DNA of 52,598 nucleotides, the filler included, from Streblomastix strix (lineage: Eukaryota): NCBI GenBank assembly GCA_008636045.1. It is 2 parts of 2 records of this genome, joined end to end, with 100 filler letters (N's around TTAATTAATTAA, not from the genome) between each part and the next. Parts side by side here need not be neighbours in the genome. Positions count along the whole stretch, not along the records: positions 26,353 to 52,598 come from SNRW01000172.1; 1 more part is not named here. One strand, given 5' to 3'. Shown here piece after piece: positions 51,741 to 52,598 of this stretch. Numbering within the stretch: the stretch's first letter is position 1; each line of letters begins with the position of its first letter. The notes beneath the pieces were generated by a model that was not told where the DNA came from, did no database searches, and was given only the letters and a program-made list of their open reading frames with translations. The translations under genes and the position numbers were made by a program.

Positions 51741-52598
51741 ATTATTTATATTAAATGTTTAATTTTTTTTACCTAAATCTATTTGAACATTTACCTAAAT
51801 CTTGTAACCATGCATATTTTTGATTAATGCTACTTATAACAGGAATTTGAATCTTGCCCACATTTTGGCTAAAATTTTTGAGTTATAAATGCAAAATAGA
51901 ATTGTAACTTCATAATTTCAAAAATGGGATCAAATTAATCAAAAAGTAAACAGGAATAATCTACAGAAGATAAATAAAAATCAGTAAGTGTTCACCATAT
52001 TCGTTTTGCCACAAAACATGAAGTTTAGAATTTTGATAATAAAAGATCGATAAATTTAGAAGTTTGAGGAAAAACCTTAATTTTAAATAAAACTGATTTC
52101 AAAGTAGAGAAATAATAAAAATATCAAGAAATATAAGAATGAGGATGAAACACAATTGAAAAATTAAAATAAATAAGAAAAAGCAAAATTGAATTTTAAA
52201 GAAAAAATAAATAATAAACAGGAAATAAATTCATAAGATGAGAAAATTCTATTTAAAGCAAAAGAAGGTGATATTTTAAAAGATTAAATAAATTCAATGA
52301 GTTTTGAGAAAGAGTATTTAAATTTCACAATTAAAGAAAATGAGAAATTAAAGTAGTCAAATAATAAACATAAAAAGGAGAAGAAAAAGAAATAAAATGA
52401 AAATTGGAAAAATGAATTGAAATTATAATCAAAACTTATTTCAAAAAGGAATTAAACTAAGATAACCACTACGTAAACTACGTGATTATCTATGCATCCA
52501 CTTAATCTGGACTACCTTTTATTTATGAGACTTCAACCTTATACAATGGGTCCAATCAACCGAAAAATTTTAATATTCACGTATGAGCGTCGATTTGA

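Noticed and set aside
52018..52598. K/E-rich coding-like sequence at the window end
   Set aside because: Frames are interrupted by TGA and no motif is recognisable.

Overview
Very AT-rich eukaryotic DNA made of two unrelated contigs (1-26252 and 26353-52598) joined by an artificial N44-TTAATTAATTAA-N44 linker. Genes have short GT-AG introns and use a variant code in which TAA/TAG encode Gln and TGA is the only stop, so most of the supplied ORF track is spurious or fragmentary. The code, introns and gene/transposon families suggest an oxymonad such as Streblomastix (inference). Contig 1 holds a transcriptional cyclin, exosome CSL4, a ~13 kb TBC Rab-GAP gene whose domain is split by a huge insertion, an EF-hand gene flanked by ~500 bp direct repeats, an S/Q-rich repeat protein, and a DHHC palmitoyltransferase with a TT rather than GT donor inside the catalytic Cys codon. 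Contig 2 holds a TA-flanked MITE, a decayed DIRS-type retroelement, an ABCC pseudogene interrupted by a hAT MITE with an 8-bp TSD, a large multi-TM TmcB-like protein ending in a hemerythrin-like domain (candidate O2/NO/metal sensor; top finding), a NEK-like kinase remnant lacking its catalytic core, and a helical-repeat protein. All translations were done by eye; long genes were spot-checked, not verified codon by codon.
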